A stretch of 64,000 nt of DNA from an uncultured Oscillospiraceae bacterium (GTDB lineage: Bacteria; Bacillota; Clostridia; Oscillospirales; Oscillospiraceae), in NCBI GenBank assembly GCA_947626085.1, contig CANQQU010000005.1, positions 3,342-67,341 on the forward strand. Reading direction: 5' to 3'. A model generated the notes under the pieces. The model did no database searches. It saw only the letters and a program-made list of their open reading frames with translations, and was not told the DNA's origin. Below, piece after piece: positions 54,834-63,742 of this stretch (positions are counted from its first letter, which is position 1; each line of letters opens with the position of its first letter). Both the position numbers and the translations under genes were made by a program.

Positions 54834-55553
54834 TTAGCGGTTGTGGCCGAATTGGATTTTGGGGTCGGAGAATTCCTTCACTCGCTGATCGAAGGCGGCC
54901 CGGGCCGCCTGGGGGTAGGGGAGTTGGGCCTCCACCCCGGCCAGGCCAAGAAAGTAGGCGCAGAAATCCGGGTTCAGCACCAGCAGGGGACCCAGCAGCT
55001 GGGTGCAGATCAGATTCTTCTTCCGCAGGCCCTCCAGCTTGCTCGCCGGATTCAGGCCCACGCCCCGGACGCACTTGAGAAAATAGGAATCGGTATTGTC
55101 CCCATAGAGGAAGCTGAACTGGCTCTTGAAGCCCACCACGGTCCTGCCGCCCATGTCCCCCAGGACCTTGCCGTTGAACCGGCGGAACAGGTCGGTTTTC
55201 ACCGTCACATCAAAAATGCCCAGGCCCTGGACCTTCACGCCCTCGGTGATAAAGTCGATCTCCCGGGCGAACAGCTCGGAGGCGTTGCCCGTGGCCAGGA
55301 TGGGCACGCCCGCGTCGATCAGCTCCTCCAAGCGGGCCTTGAATGGCCGCAGCTTTTCCAAAACTCGGCGCTGGGCGTCCTCGGTCATGGCGCCGATATA
55401 GAGAAGATCCACCGGATGTGTGGCAAAATAGGGCTCCTCCGTAAAGGGCGTATAGTGAAAGTCCCACTGGGGGCAGGCCATGGCCAAATATTTTCCGTTG
55501 TAAGCATCCCCGTAGAGGCCGCAGATCTCGGGAAATAGAATTTCAGCGGTCAT
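54834..55553 (-). CDS. GatD-like (CobB/CobQ-type glutamine-amidotransferase fold) protein lacking the canonical catalytic Cys and His
   Basis: The start MTAEILFPEICGLYGDAYNG has an ATGA overlap with the upstream ligase gene. It aligns by eye with GatD blocks (LYxDxGN, IGxxxxxxQ, GLGIxD, VGFxxxxG, KNLxxTxLxGP). At the CGG nucleophile position it reads ILATGNASE, and at the HGP position it reads TQLLGP. Confidence 0.65.
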   Translation of the reverse strand: MTAEILFPEICGLYGDAYNGKYLAMACPQWDFHYTPFTEEPYFATHPVDLLYIGAMTEDAQRRVLEKLRPFKARLEELIDAGVPILATGNASELFAREIDFITEGVKVQGLGIFDVTVKTDLFRRFNGKVLGDMGGRTVVGFKSQFSFLYGDNTDSYFLKCVRGVGLNPASKLEGLRKKNLICTQLLGPLLVLNPDFCAYFLGLAGVEAQLPYPQAARAAFDQRVKEFSDPKIQFGHNR

Positions 55554-56920
55554 TTCCCGGCCTCCTTTTCCAGCAGGGCCTTTTTCACGCTCAGCGCCTC
55601 TTTGTCCAGGTACACATCGTACAGGATATAGATATCCCGGCATTTTTCGGTGTCCACCAGATGGCCGCCGCCCTGGAAGGAGGGCCACAGGGCGATCTTT
55701 TCCTGAGGAACCCCGGCGATCAGCGCCCGCAGCTGCTGATCCAGGCACCGGGGCCCGGAAAAGACCAACTGGGAGATGGAGGGATGGGCCAGGGGGCTGT
55801 AATCGCAGTCATAGATCCAGCAGGGATTCTCCGAGCTGCCCTGGCTGTCCCCCTTGTCGTCGATGAGGAAGAACACCGCCTTATTTTCCCCGGGCTGATC
55901 CGCCACATACTGGAAGCTCCGGGCGCAGGCGTCGGGGTTCTGCCCCTTGGCCGACTGCATGGTGATTTTCAGCCCGCCGGATTCCACATGGTCATAGCGG
56001 CTCTTCACGATCTCCACGGTGTCCAGCCCGGCGGCGATCTTCTCTGGGGACAGGCCAAGCCGGGACAGCACCGCCACCACGCAGCACTGGTTGTAGATGT
56101 TCACGATATTGTCGTTCAGGAGCTTATAGGTCTGGGGCTGCCCGTCCTGGGAAATGGCGACCGTTCCCGCCTCCCGGCAGATTTCCGTCACCAGAAAATC
56201 CGGGGCAGGGGAGGCATGGCCGCAGCTGGGGCAGCGCATCCGGCCAATGTGGTCATAGCGCAGGTATTCCGCCTCCAGCTTTCCGCCGCAGTGGGGGCAG
56301 TACACCAGGTCCAGCCCCTCCAGATCGGGCGCCCCTTCGGGGGCCTCCGCCTGAATGCCGAAATAGGTCCGTTCCGCGCACTGGGGCGCCAGCTCGGCGC
56401 AGATCAGATCGTCCCCATTGAGGATCAGCTTGGTTCCGGCGGGGATCGCCTTGTCCAGAAGATAGCGGATAAAGCCGGGGTGGGCGTTGCGCTTGATGGA
56501 GTCCCGCATCACATTGGTGCAGACCAGATAGTCTGGTTTCAGGTCCCCATACACCAGCAGAGAGCTGCGCTCGTCCACCTCCAGCACGGCGGCGTCGGTC
56601 TTTACTCGGCCGGAAAGAGTGGCGTTTTCCAGCAGCGCGGCGACCACGCCGCCCTGAATATTGGAGCCTAGGGCGTTGTTGGCCACCGTGTAGCCACTTT
56701 TCCGCAGCAAGGAGGTGAGCAGGTTGCTCACCGTGGTTTTTCCATTGGTGCCGGTGACGGCGATCACCGTCTTAGGCGGAATGATGTGGGCCAGAATGTC
56801 CGGGCACAGCTTCACCGCCAGCTTTCCCGGCAGATAGGAGGCGTTGCGGCCCAGAAGCCGCATGGCCAGCCTGACGGCCTTGGCCATCCAGAGGGCGAAG
56901 TAAAACCGCAGCTTTTTCAA
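55550..56920 (-). CDS. MurT-like Mur-ligase-family protein (central ATPase domain, 4-Cys ribbon, DUF1727-type C-domain)
   Basis: The P-loop is VTGTNGKTTVSNL and the Zn ribbon is CPHCGG...CPSCGH. The C-terminal CWIYDCDY resembles the MurT block SWIYDADF. Confidence 0.75.
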   Translation of the reverse strand: MKKLRFYFALWMAKAVRLAMRLLGRNASYLPGKLAVKLCPDILAHIIPPKTVIAVTGTNGKTTVSNLLTSLLRKSGYTVANNALGSNIQGGVVAALLENATLSGRVKTDAAVLEVDERSSLLVYGDLKPDYLVCTNVMRDSIKRNAHPGFIRYLLDKAIPAGTKLILNGDDLICAELAPQCAERTYFGIQAEAPEGAPDLEGLDLVYCPHCGGKLEAEYLRYDHIGRMRCPSCGHASPAPDFLVTEICREAGTVAISQDGQPQTYKLLNDNIVNIYNQCCVVAVLSRLGLSPEKIAAGLDTVEIVKSRYDHVESGGLKITMQSAKGQNPDACARSFQYVADQPGENKAVFFLIDDKGDSQGSSENPCWIYDCDYSPLAHPSISQLVFSGPRCLDQQLRALIAGVPQEKIALWPSFQGGGHLVDTEKCRDIYILYDVYLDKEALSVKKALLEKEAGK

Positions 56921-56948
56921 AAGATCACGTCTTCTCTATCCGAAATTT

Positions 56949-58199
56949 TTACAGGATCTCCTGGACCGACTTTTTCAGCAGCTCCAGGCCCCGCAGGAGG
57001 ATCGGCTCCTCGATTACCAGGGGCGGCATCAGCTTGAGGACCTGGTTGTCCCGGCCCACCCGCTCGGCGATCAAGCCGTTGTGGAAGCAGGCGGCCACCA
57101 GGGGCTTGGTCATGTCCTTGCCGAAGGCGCCGAAGTCCACACCCCAGAGAAGCCCTAAGCCCCGGTATTGGATTCGGCTGTCCAGAGGCGCGATCTCCTC
57201 CCGGAGGAAGGCCTCCACCAGCTTGCCCTTTTCCTGGACCTGCCGCTCCACCTGCTCTTCCACCATGATCTCCAGGCCCGCCAGGCCCGCCACCATGGAC
57301 AGCTGATTGCCCCGGAAGGTGCCGGTGTGCTGGCCGGGCTCCCAGAAATCCAGCTCGGGCTTGAACAGCACCAGGCTCAGCGGCATTCCACAGCCGCCGA
57401 TGGACTTGGATAATGTCACGATATCGGGCACGATCCCCGCCCGCTCGAAGGAGAAGAAGGTGCCGGTCCGGCCGTTTCCCACCTGAATGTCGTCCACCAT
57501 CAGCAAAATGCCATACTTGTCGCACAGAGCCCGCAGCCGCCGGAGCCATTCCACCGGCAGCACATAGATGCCGCCGTCGGCCTGCAGGGTCTCGATCACC
57601 ACGGCGGCGGGCTTCTCCGCGCCGGAGTGGTCGTCGGTCAGCAGCCGCTCCATGTAGTCGATGGTGTCCAGCTCCGGGAACATATAGGGGGCGGGGACGT
57701 GGACCACGTTCCCCATGACCGCCCCGGCGCCCTCCCGGCTGGACCGGTCGGTGGTCAGGGCCAGAGCGCCCAGAGTCATGCCATGGAACGCGCCCATCAG
57801 GGCAAAGACGGTCTGCCGCCCGGTGCTTTTCCGGGCGATCTTCAGCGCCGCCTCCACCGCGTTGGTGCCGGTGGGACCGGCGAACTGGATCTTGTAATTC
57901 AGGCCCTTCTTTTCCAGGATGTTCTTTTCAAAGTATTCCAGAAACGCCCGCTTGGCGGGGGTATAGAAGTCCATACCGTGGAGGATTCCATCGTTTTCCA
58001 GATATTCGATCATCCGCTTCTTCATTTTGTCCGGATTGTGGCCGTAGTTCAATGCGCCGGAGCCGGCGAAGAAATCCACATATTCCCGGCCTTCCTCGTC
58101 CCAGATCAGGGCGCCCTTGGCCCGGGTGAGGACGGTGGGGAAGCTGCGGCAGTAGGAGCGGACGTTGGACTCGTAGTTTTCAAAAACCGAGGTGTTCAT
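56949..58199 (-). CDS. Class-III aminotransferase, diaminobutyrate--2-oxoglutarate transaminase (EctB/Dat)-like
   Basis: It reads FENYESNVRSYCRSFPTVLTRAKGALIWDEEGREYVDFFAGSGALNYGHN. The PLP lysine lies in TLSKSIGG. No ectA or ectC is nearby. Confidence 0.7.
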   Translation of the reverse strand: MNTSVFENYESNVRSYCRSFPTVLTRAKGALIWDEEGREYVDFFAGSGALNYGHNPDKMKKRMIEYLENDGILHGMDFYTPAKRAFLEYFEKNILEKKGLNYKIQFAGPTGTNAVEAALKIARKSTGRQTVFALMGAFHGMTLGALALTTDRSSREGAGAVMGNVVHVPAPYMFPELDTIDYMERLLTDDHSGAEKPAAVVIETLQADGGIYVLPVEWLRRLRALCDKYGILLMVDDIQVGNGRTGTFFSFERAGIVPDIVTLSKSIGGCGMPLSLVLFKPELDFWEPGQHTGTFRGNQLSMVAGLAGLEIMVEEQVERQVQEKGKLVEAFLREEIAPLDSRIQYRGLGLLWGVDFGAFGKDMTKPLVAACFHNGLIAERVGRDNQVLKLMPPLVIEEPILLRGLELLKKSVQEIL

Positions 58200-58240
58200 T
58201 TTAAGACTTCCTTATTTTAGGATGGGAAAACGCTACGCAC

Positions 58241-58269
58241 AATATACCACAGCCCGCCCGCAAAATCAA
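58241..58269 (-). promoter_or_regulatory. Promoter TTGATT-17 nt-TATATT for the aminotransferase/ligase operon
   Basis: Read on the minus strand, with exact 17-nt spacing. It lies about 40 nt upstream of the ATG. Confidence 0.5.
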
Positions 58270-58339
58270 GGGTCCAGTTGGGAACAATCGGTGAATCCTG
58301 CAGAATGTGCCGAATTTCAAGCAGTTTGAGAATTGCCTC

Positions 58340-58368
58340 TTGTAAAAATTGCCGGAATGAAATATAAT
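58340..58368 (+). promoter_or_regulatory. Promoter TTGTAA-17 nt-TATAAT for pgmB-glk-GH65
   Basis: It has a consensus -10 and exact spacing. Confidence 0.55.
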
Positions 58369-58433
58369 AGGATGGTCAAAAAGTGGATTCGCCGGGGCAC
58401 CCGGCAAATTGAATGTTTAAGGAGGAATTTTTT

Positions 58434-59078
58434 ATGAAATTTCAAAAGAAAGCCGTGATCTTCGACCTGGACGGGGTCATCTGCTTCACCGACAAGTTCC
58501 ATTACCTGGCCTGGAAGGCCCTGGCGGACCGGCTGGGCATCTATTTTGACGAGAAGATCAACAACCGGCTCCGGGGCGTCAGCCGCATGGCCAGCCTGGA
58601 GATCATTCTGGAGCGGGCCACTAAGGAGTATACCCAGGCGGAGAAGGAAGCCTTCGCGGAGGAGAAGAACAATACTTACCGGGAGCTGCTGAAGAACATG
58701 AGCCCCAAGGACCTGACCGACGAGGTCCGGGACACCCTGAACGAGCTTCGGGCCCGGGGCTACAAGCTGAGCATTGGCTCCTCCAGCAAGAACACCAAGT
58801 TCATCCTGGGTCAGATCGGCCTGGGGGACTTCTTTGACGCCATTGCCGACGGCACGGACATCACCCATTCCAAGCCCGATCCCGAGGTGTTCCTGAAATC
58901 CGCTGAGAAGCTGGGTATCGACCCGGCGGACTGCGCCGTGGTGGAGGACGCCAAGGCCGGCATCCAGGCCGCCAAGGCCGGCGGTATGACCGCCCTGGCC
59001 CTGTTTGGCGACGCCAAGGGCTGCGGCGAGGAGGACTACGACCTTAAGAGCTTCTCCGACCTGCTGAACATCCTGTAA
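58434..59078 (+). CDS. pgmB: Beta-phosphoglucomutase
   Basis: It has the HAD motif I, FDLDGVI, and the text RLRGVSRMASLEIIL. It is linked to a GH65 phosphorylase. Confidence 0.8.
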   Translation: MKFQKKAVIFDLDGVICFTDKFHYLAWKALADRLGIYFDEKINNRLRGVSRMASLEIILERATKEYTQAEKEAFAEEKNNTYRELLKNMSPKDLTDEVRDTLNELRARGYKLSIGSSSKNTKFILGQIGLGDFFDAIADGTDITHSKPDPEVFLKSAEKLGIDPADCAVVEDAKAGIQAAKAGGMTALALFGDAKGCGEEDYDLKSFSDLLNIL

Positions 59079-59095
59079 GGGTGGAGGGACTTTCC

Positions 59096-60043
59096 ATGAG
59101 ACCCTATGGGTTTGGCATCGATATCGGCGGCACCGCCATCAAGCTGGGCCTGTTCCACACCGAGGGGGAGCTGCTGGAAAAGTGGCAGATCCCGACCCGC
59201 CGGAAGGACTGCGGCAAATGGGTCCTGCCCGACGCCCTGGATTCCGTCCGGGCCAAAATGGCGGAGCGGGGCATTGGCTGGGACCAGGTGGAGGGCATCG
59301 GCATGGGCGTCCCCGGCCCCGTCACCGAGGACGGCACGGTGCTGCGGTGCATCAACCTGGGCTGGGACGTGTTCAACATCCCCAACGCCGTGAAAAAGAT
59401 GGAGCCCCATATTGAAAACATCCAGGTCTCCAACGACGTGAACGCCGCCGCCCTGGGCGAGCTGTGGCTGGGCGGGGCCAAGGGCCGCTGGAGCGCCGTC
59501 ATGGTCACGCTGGGCACCGGCATCGGCGGCGGCATCGTGGTAGGCCATAAGATGATCTACGGCAGCGGCGGCGCCGGCGGCGAGATCGGCCATATCTGCA
59601 TCGAGCCCGACGAGCCGGTGCGGTGCAAATGCGGCGGCCGGGGCTGCCTGGAGCAGTACTGCTCCGCCACCGGGCTGCTCCGAGTCACCCGGCAGCACCT
59701 CCACGACCACCCCGGCACCCAGACCGTCCTGGCGGACACCCCGGAGCTGACGGCCAAGGACATCTGCGATGCCGCCCGGGAGGGGGACGCCTTCGCCCTG
59801 TCCCAGCTGGACCTGCTGGGCAAGCGGCTGGGCCGGGCCCTCACCGCCGTGGCCGCCACCATCGACCCCCAGATCTTTGTCATTGGCGGGGGACTGTCCA
59901 ACGCCGGGCAGATCCTTCTGGACCCCATTGAATTTTACTACCGCAAATACGCCTTCCACGCCTTCCGCCATACGGAATTTGCCCTGGCGGAGCTGGGCAA
60001 CGACGCCGGAATTTACGGCTGCGTGAAAATGATCCTATCCTAA
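59096..60043 (+). CDS. glk: ROK-family glucokinase
   Basis: It has FGIDIGGT, the Zn motif CKCGGRGCLEQY and GIGGGIV. Confidence 0.8.
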   Translation: MRPYGFGIDIGGTAIKLGLFHTEGELLEKWQIPTRRKDCGKWVLPDALDSVRAKMAERGIGWDQVEGIGMGVPGPVTEDGTVLRCINLGWDVFNIPNAVKKMEPHIENIQVSNDVNAAALGELWLGGAKGRWSAVMVTLGTGIGGGIVVGHKMIYGSGGAGGEIGHICIEPDEPVRCKCGGRGCLEQYCSATGLLRVTRQHLHDHPGTQTVLADTPELTAKDICDAAREGDAFALSQLDLLGKRLGRALTAVAATIDPQIFVIGGGLSNAGQILLDPIEFYYRKYAFHAFRHTEFALAELGNDAGIYGCVKMILS

Positions 60044-60063
60044 TTTTTACAAGGAGGAAGACC

Positions 60064-62379
60064 ATGCTGCAAATTTTGGACCAAAGCGGCTGGAAGATCA
60101 CCGAGGTCAATTTTGACCCCAACGCCCTGGGAAAGGTGGAGGCCAATTTCTGCCTGGGCAACGGCTACCTGGGCCTCCGCTCCGCCACCGAGGAAAAGTA
60201 CCTGGGGGAGACCCGGGACCTGCTGGTGGCCGGCACCTTCGACCGCTTTTCCCCCGAGGAGGTCACGGAGCTGCCCAACGCCGCCGACGTGACCAACATT
60301 GAGCTGACCCTGAACGGCGCCCGGTTCGACCTGACCCAGGGAACCATCCGGTCCTACCACCGGACCCTGGACCTGAAGACGGGCCTGTTGACCCGGGAGG
60401 TGGAGTGGACCTCCCCCAAGGGCGAGGTATTTGCCCTGAAATTTGAGCGGGTGGTGTCATTGAAGCGGCTCCACACCATCGCTGCCCGGGTTTCCGTCAC
60501 CCCCAAGGCCGGCGCTTCCGTCAAATTCCAGTCCGGCATCGACGGGCGCGTGACCTGCGACGGCTCCCAGCACTTCACCGAGGGCCAGACTCGGTTCTAT
60601 GACAAGAAGTATCTCCAGTTTGTCCCCCGCACCATTCAGTCGAACATCACCTTTGTCTTGGACGCCACCCACCGCTTTGCCGTTGACGGCGCGCCGGTGG
60701 AGCCCAAGAGCGACATCAATATTCTCCGTCGCCGGATGTTCTCCAACTTCACCGTGGAGGTTCCCGCGGGCCAGACCGTGGTGATGGAGAAGTTCGCCAA
60801 CGTCTACACCACCCGGGACAAGGAGGCTGCGAACCTCACCGTTTCCGACATCCAGCGCTACGCCCTGGAGCAGTTGAAGATCGACGAGGCCGACGGCTTT
60901 GACGCCATCTACGCCGAATCCGCTCGAGCCTGGGCCGAGAAGGTCTGGGACCGGGCGCCCATCACCATCGAGGGGCCCCAGTTCGACCAGGTGGCCATCC
61001 GCTTCGCCCAGTACCAGATGCAGCTCATGACCCCGGCCCACGACAACCGGATGAACATCGGCGCCAAGGGCTTCTCCGGGGAGGGCTACAAGGGCCACAC
61101 CTTCTGGGACACGGAAATTTTCCTGCTGCCCTACTTTATCTTCACCATGCCGGAGGTGGCCCGGAGCCTGGAGGAGTACCGGTATCTGTCCCTGCCCGGC
61201 GCCCACGCCAAGGCCGCTCACAACGGCTATCAGGGTGCCCAGTTCCCCTGGGAGTCCGCCTGGCTGGACGACGGCGAGGTGACGCCGGAGTACATGGGCA
61301 CGGACATCGTCACGGGCCAGCTGATCAAGGTCTGGACCGGGTTCATTGAAATTCACATCACCTCTGACGTGGCCTTCGGCGCCTGGCAGTACTACGCCTG
61401 CACCGGGGACCAGGACTACATGGACCGGTACGGCTATGAGCTGATTCTGGACTGCGCCAAGTTCTGGGGCAGCCGCCTGGAGCCCGGCGAGGACGGGAAG
61501 CTCCACATCAACGACGTGGTGGGTCCTGACGAATATAAGGAGCATGTCAACGACAACGCCTACACCAACTACCTGGCCTGGTGGACCATCCGCAAGGCCA
61601 TCGAGTACACGGACCTGCTGAAAACCGAAAAGCCGGCGCTGTACCAGAAGCTGGATCAGAAGCTGGGCCTGGCGGCCTGCTGCGCTTCCTGGAAAGATCA
61701 GGTGGACCGGATTTTCCTGACCCAGCCCAACGAGCAGAACGTCCTGCCCCAGGACACTACTTATCTGACCCTGAAGGACATCGACCTGTCCAAGTACAAG
61801 GCCCAGGCCCATGTGGGCGGCATCTACAAGGACTACAATCAGGAGCAGATCACCAAAATTCAGGTCTCCAAGCAGGCTGACGTGATGGTGCTGTTCTACC
61901 TGCTGGAGGAGCTGTTCCCCCGGGAGGTGAAGCTGGCCAGCTGGAATTACTACGAGCCCCGGTGCCTCCACGATTCCAGCCTGAGCCTGTCCACCCACTC
62001 CGTGCTGGCCTCCGATATCGGCGACCAGGAGCTGGGCTACAAAATGTTCCAGAAGGCCTGCCTCATCGACCTGGACAACGCCAATCCCCACTCCTCCGAC
62101 GCCGGCATCCACGCCGCGTCCTATGGCGGACTGTGGCAGTGTGTGGTCTATGGCTTCGGCGGTCTGCGGATGCTGGGCGGGGAGCTGCGGATCAGCCCCA
62201 ATTTGCCCAAGGCCTGGACCAAGTTGGGTTATACCATTGTCTGGCGGGGCCAGAAGCTCGCCGTCACCGTGACCCAGGAAGACGTGACCATCGAGAACAC
62301 CACCGGCGCCGCCCCCGTGACCCTGGAAATCTGGGGCAAGAAGTACACCCTGGAGGACAAGCTCACCGTCAAGAAGTAA
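60064..62379 (+). CDS. Glycoside hydrolase family 65 disaccharide phosphorylase (maltose/kojibiose/trehalose type)
   Basis: 771 aa. The catalytic-acid context GPDEYKEH is present, and it is linked to pgmB. Confidence 0.85.
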   Translation: MLQILDQSGWKITEVNFDPNALGKVEANFCLGNGYLGLRSATEEKYLGETRDLLVAGTFDRFSPEEVTELPNAADVTNIELTLNGARFDLTQGTIRSYHRTLDLKTGLLTREVEWTSPKGEVFALKFERVVSLKRLHTIAARVSVTPKAGASVKFQSGIDGRVTCDGSQHFTEGQTRFYDKKYLQFVPRTIQSNITFVLDATHRFAVDGAPVEPKSDINILRRRMFSNFTVEVPAGQTVVMEKFANVYTTRDKEAANLTVSDIQRYALEQLKIDEADGFDAIYAESARAWAEKVWDRAPITIEGPQFDQVAIRFAQYQMQLMTPAHDNRMNIGAKGFSGEGYKGHTFWDTEIFLLPYFIFTMPEVARSLEEYRYLSLPGAHAKAAHNGYQGAQFPWESAWLDDGEVTPEYMGTDIVTGQLIKVWTGFIEIHITSDVAFGAWQYYACTGDQDYMDRYGYELILDCAKFWGSRLEPGEDGKLHINDVVGPDEYKEHVNDNAYTNYLAWWTIRKAIEYTDLLKTEKPALYQKLDQKLGLAACCASWKDQVDRIFLTQPNEQNVLPQDTTYLTLKDIDLSKYKAQAHVGGIYKDYNQEQITKIQVSKQADVMVLFYLLEELFPREVKLASWNYYEPRCLHDSSLSLSTHSVLASDIGDQELGYKMFQKACLIDLDNANPHSSDAGIHAASYGGLWQCVVYGFGGLRMLGGELRISPNLPKAWTKLGYTIVWRGQKLAVTVTQEDVTIENTTGAAPVTLEIWGKKYTLEDKLTVKK

Positions 62380-62418
62380 ATTCTAGGCTCGCCGTGGGGG
62401 CGGCAGGAGGACAGGAGC

Positions 62419-62670
62419 ATGAAAAAAGCAATAAACTGGGTGCTGCTCGCCGCGTTTGTCGTTTTTTGTCTCGATTGGGCCGCCCTTGGCGTGAGGCTGC
62501 TAAGCGGGAGCTATGACATTCTGGTGGAGGTGTCCGTTGGGGCCGTTTGCTGGGTGGTCATCATCGTCTGTATTCTGCTCCGCCTCTTTTCCAACAGATG
62601 TCCTCATTGCGGGAAACCGATCGACCCGGCGAGAAATTACTGCCCACATTGCGGGAAGAAGCTGAATTGA
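62419..62670 (+). CDS. Small membrane protein with C-terminal zinc ribbon
   Basis: It has two TM segments followed by CPHCGKPIDPARNYCPHCGKKL. Confidence 0.5.
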   Translation: MKKAINWVLLAAFVVFCLDWAALGVRLLSGSYDILVEVSVGAVCWVVIIVCILLRLFSNRCPHCGKPIDPARNYCPHCGKKLN

Positions 62671-62677
62671 AAATCAC

Positions 62678-62701
62678 CCCGGTTTCCAAGGAAACCGGGG
62701 C
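62678..62701. terminator. Bidirectional stem-loop CCCCGGTTTCC/GGAAACCGGGG
   Basis: An 11-bp stem lies between convergent genes. Confidence 0.6.
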
Positions 62702-62725
62702 GAAATTTCGGTTGAAAGCGTCTAC

Positions 62726-63727
62726 TCAGCCCTTCAGCGCCTCTTCCACGGCCACCGCCACGGAGACCGTCGCGCCGACCATGGGGTTGTTGCCCATACC
62801 CAGGAAGCCCATCATTTCCACATGGGCGGGCACGGAGGAGGAGCCGGCGAACTGGGCGTCGGAGTGCATCCGGCCCATGGTGTCGGTCATGCCGTAGGAG
62901 GCGGGACCGGCGGCCATGTTGTCGGGATGCAGGGTCCGGCCGGTGCCGCCGCCGGAGGCCACGGAGAAGTACTTCTTGCCCTGCTCCACACACTCCTTCT
63001 TGTAGGTGCCGGCCACGGGATGCTGGAACCGGGTGGGGTTGGTGGAGTTGCCGGTGATGGACACGTCCACGCCCTCGTGGTGCATGATGGCCACGCCCTC
63101 CCGGACGTCGTCGGCGCCGAAGCAGCGGACGGCGGCCCGCTCGCCGTCGGAGTACTTGTACTCCTTGACGATGTGCAGCTCGCCGGTGTAGTAGTCGAAC
63201 TGGGTCTGCACATAGGTGAAGCCGTTGATCCGGCTGATGATCTGAGCGGCGTCCTTGCCCAGGCCGTTCAGGATGACCCGCAGGGGCTCCTTCCGGGCCT
63301 TGTTGGCGGAGCGGGCGATGCCGATAGCGCCCTCGGCGGCGGCGAAGGACTCGTGGCCGGCCAGGAAGGCGAAGCACTTGGTCTCGTCCCGCAGGAGCAT
63401 GGCGCCCAGGTTGCCGTGGCCCAGACCCACCTTCCGGTCCTCAGCCACGGAGCCGGGGATGCAGAAGGCCTGCAGGCCGATGCCGATAGCCTCGGCGGCC
63501 TCGGCGGCGTTCTTCACGTTCTTCTTCAGGGCGATGGCGGCGCCCACGGTGTAGGCCCAGGCGGCGTCCTCAAAGCAGATGGGCTGGATATTCTTGGTGA
63601 TGGTGTAAGGATCAAAGCCCTTGGCCTGGCAAATCTCCCGGCATTCCTCCACGCTGGAGATGCCGTACTGGGCCAGGACCCCGTTGATCTTGTCGATTTT
63701 CCGTTCGTAACCTTCAAACAAAGCCAT
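62726..63727 (-). CDS. GGGtGRT-family protein
   Basis: It contains the signature ASGGGTGRTLHPDN. 333 aa. Confidence 0.75.
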   Translation of the reverse strand: MALFEGYERKIDKINGVLAQYGISSVEECREICQAKGFDPYTITKNIQPICFEDAAWAYTVGAAIALKKNVKNAAEAAEAIGIGLQAFCIPGSVAEDRKVGLGHGNLGAMLLRDETKCFAFLAGHESFAAAEGAIGIARSANKARKEPLRVILNGLGKDAAQIISRINGFTYVQTQFDYYTGELHIVKEYKYSDGERAAVRCFGADDVREGVAIMHHEGVDVSITGNSTNPTRFQHPVAGTYKKECVEQGKKYFSVASGGGTGRTLHPDNMAAGPASYGMTDTMGRMHSDAQFAGSSSVPAHVEMMGFLGMGNNPMVGATVSVAVAVEEALKG

Positions 63728-63742
63728 GTCCGCGCCCTCCTC

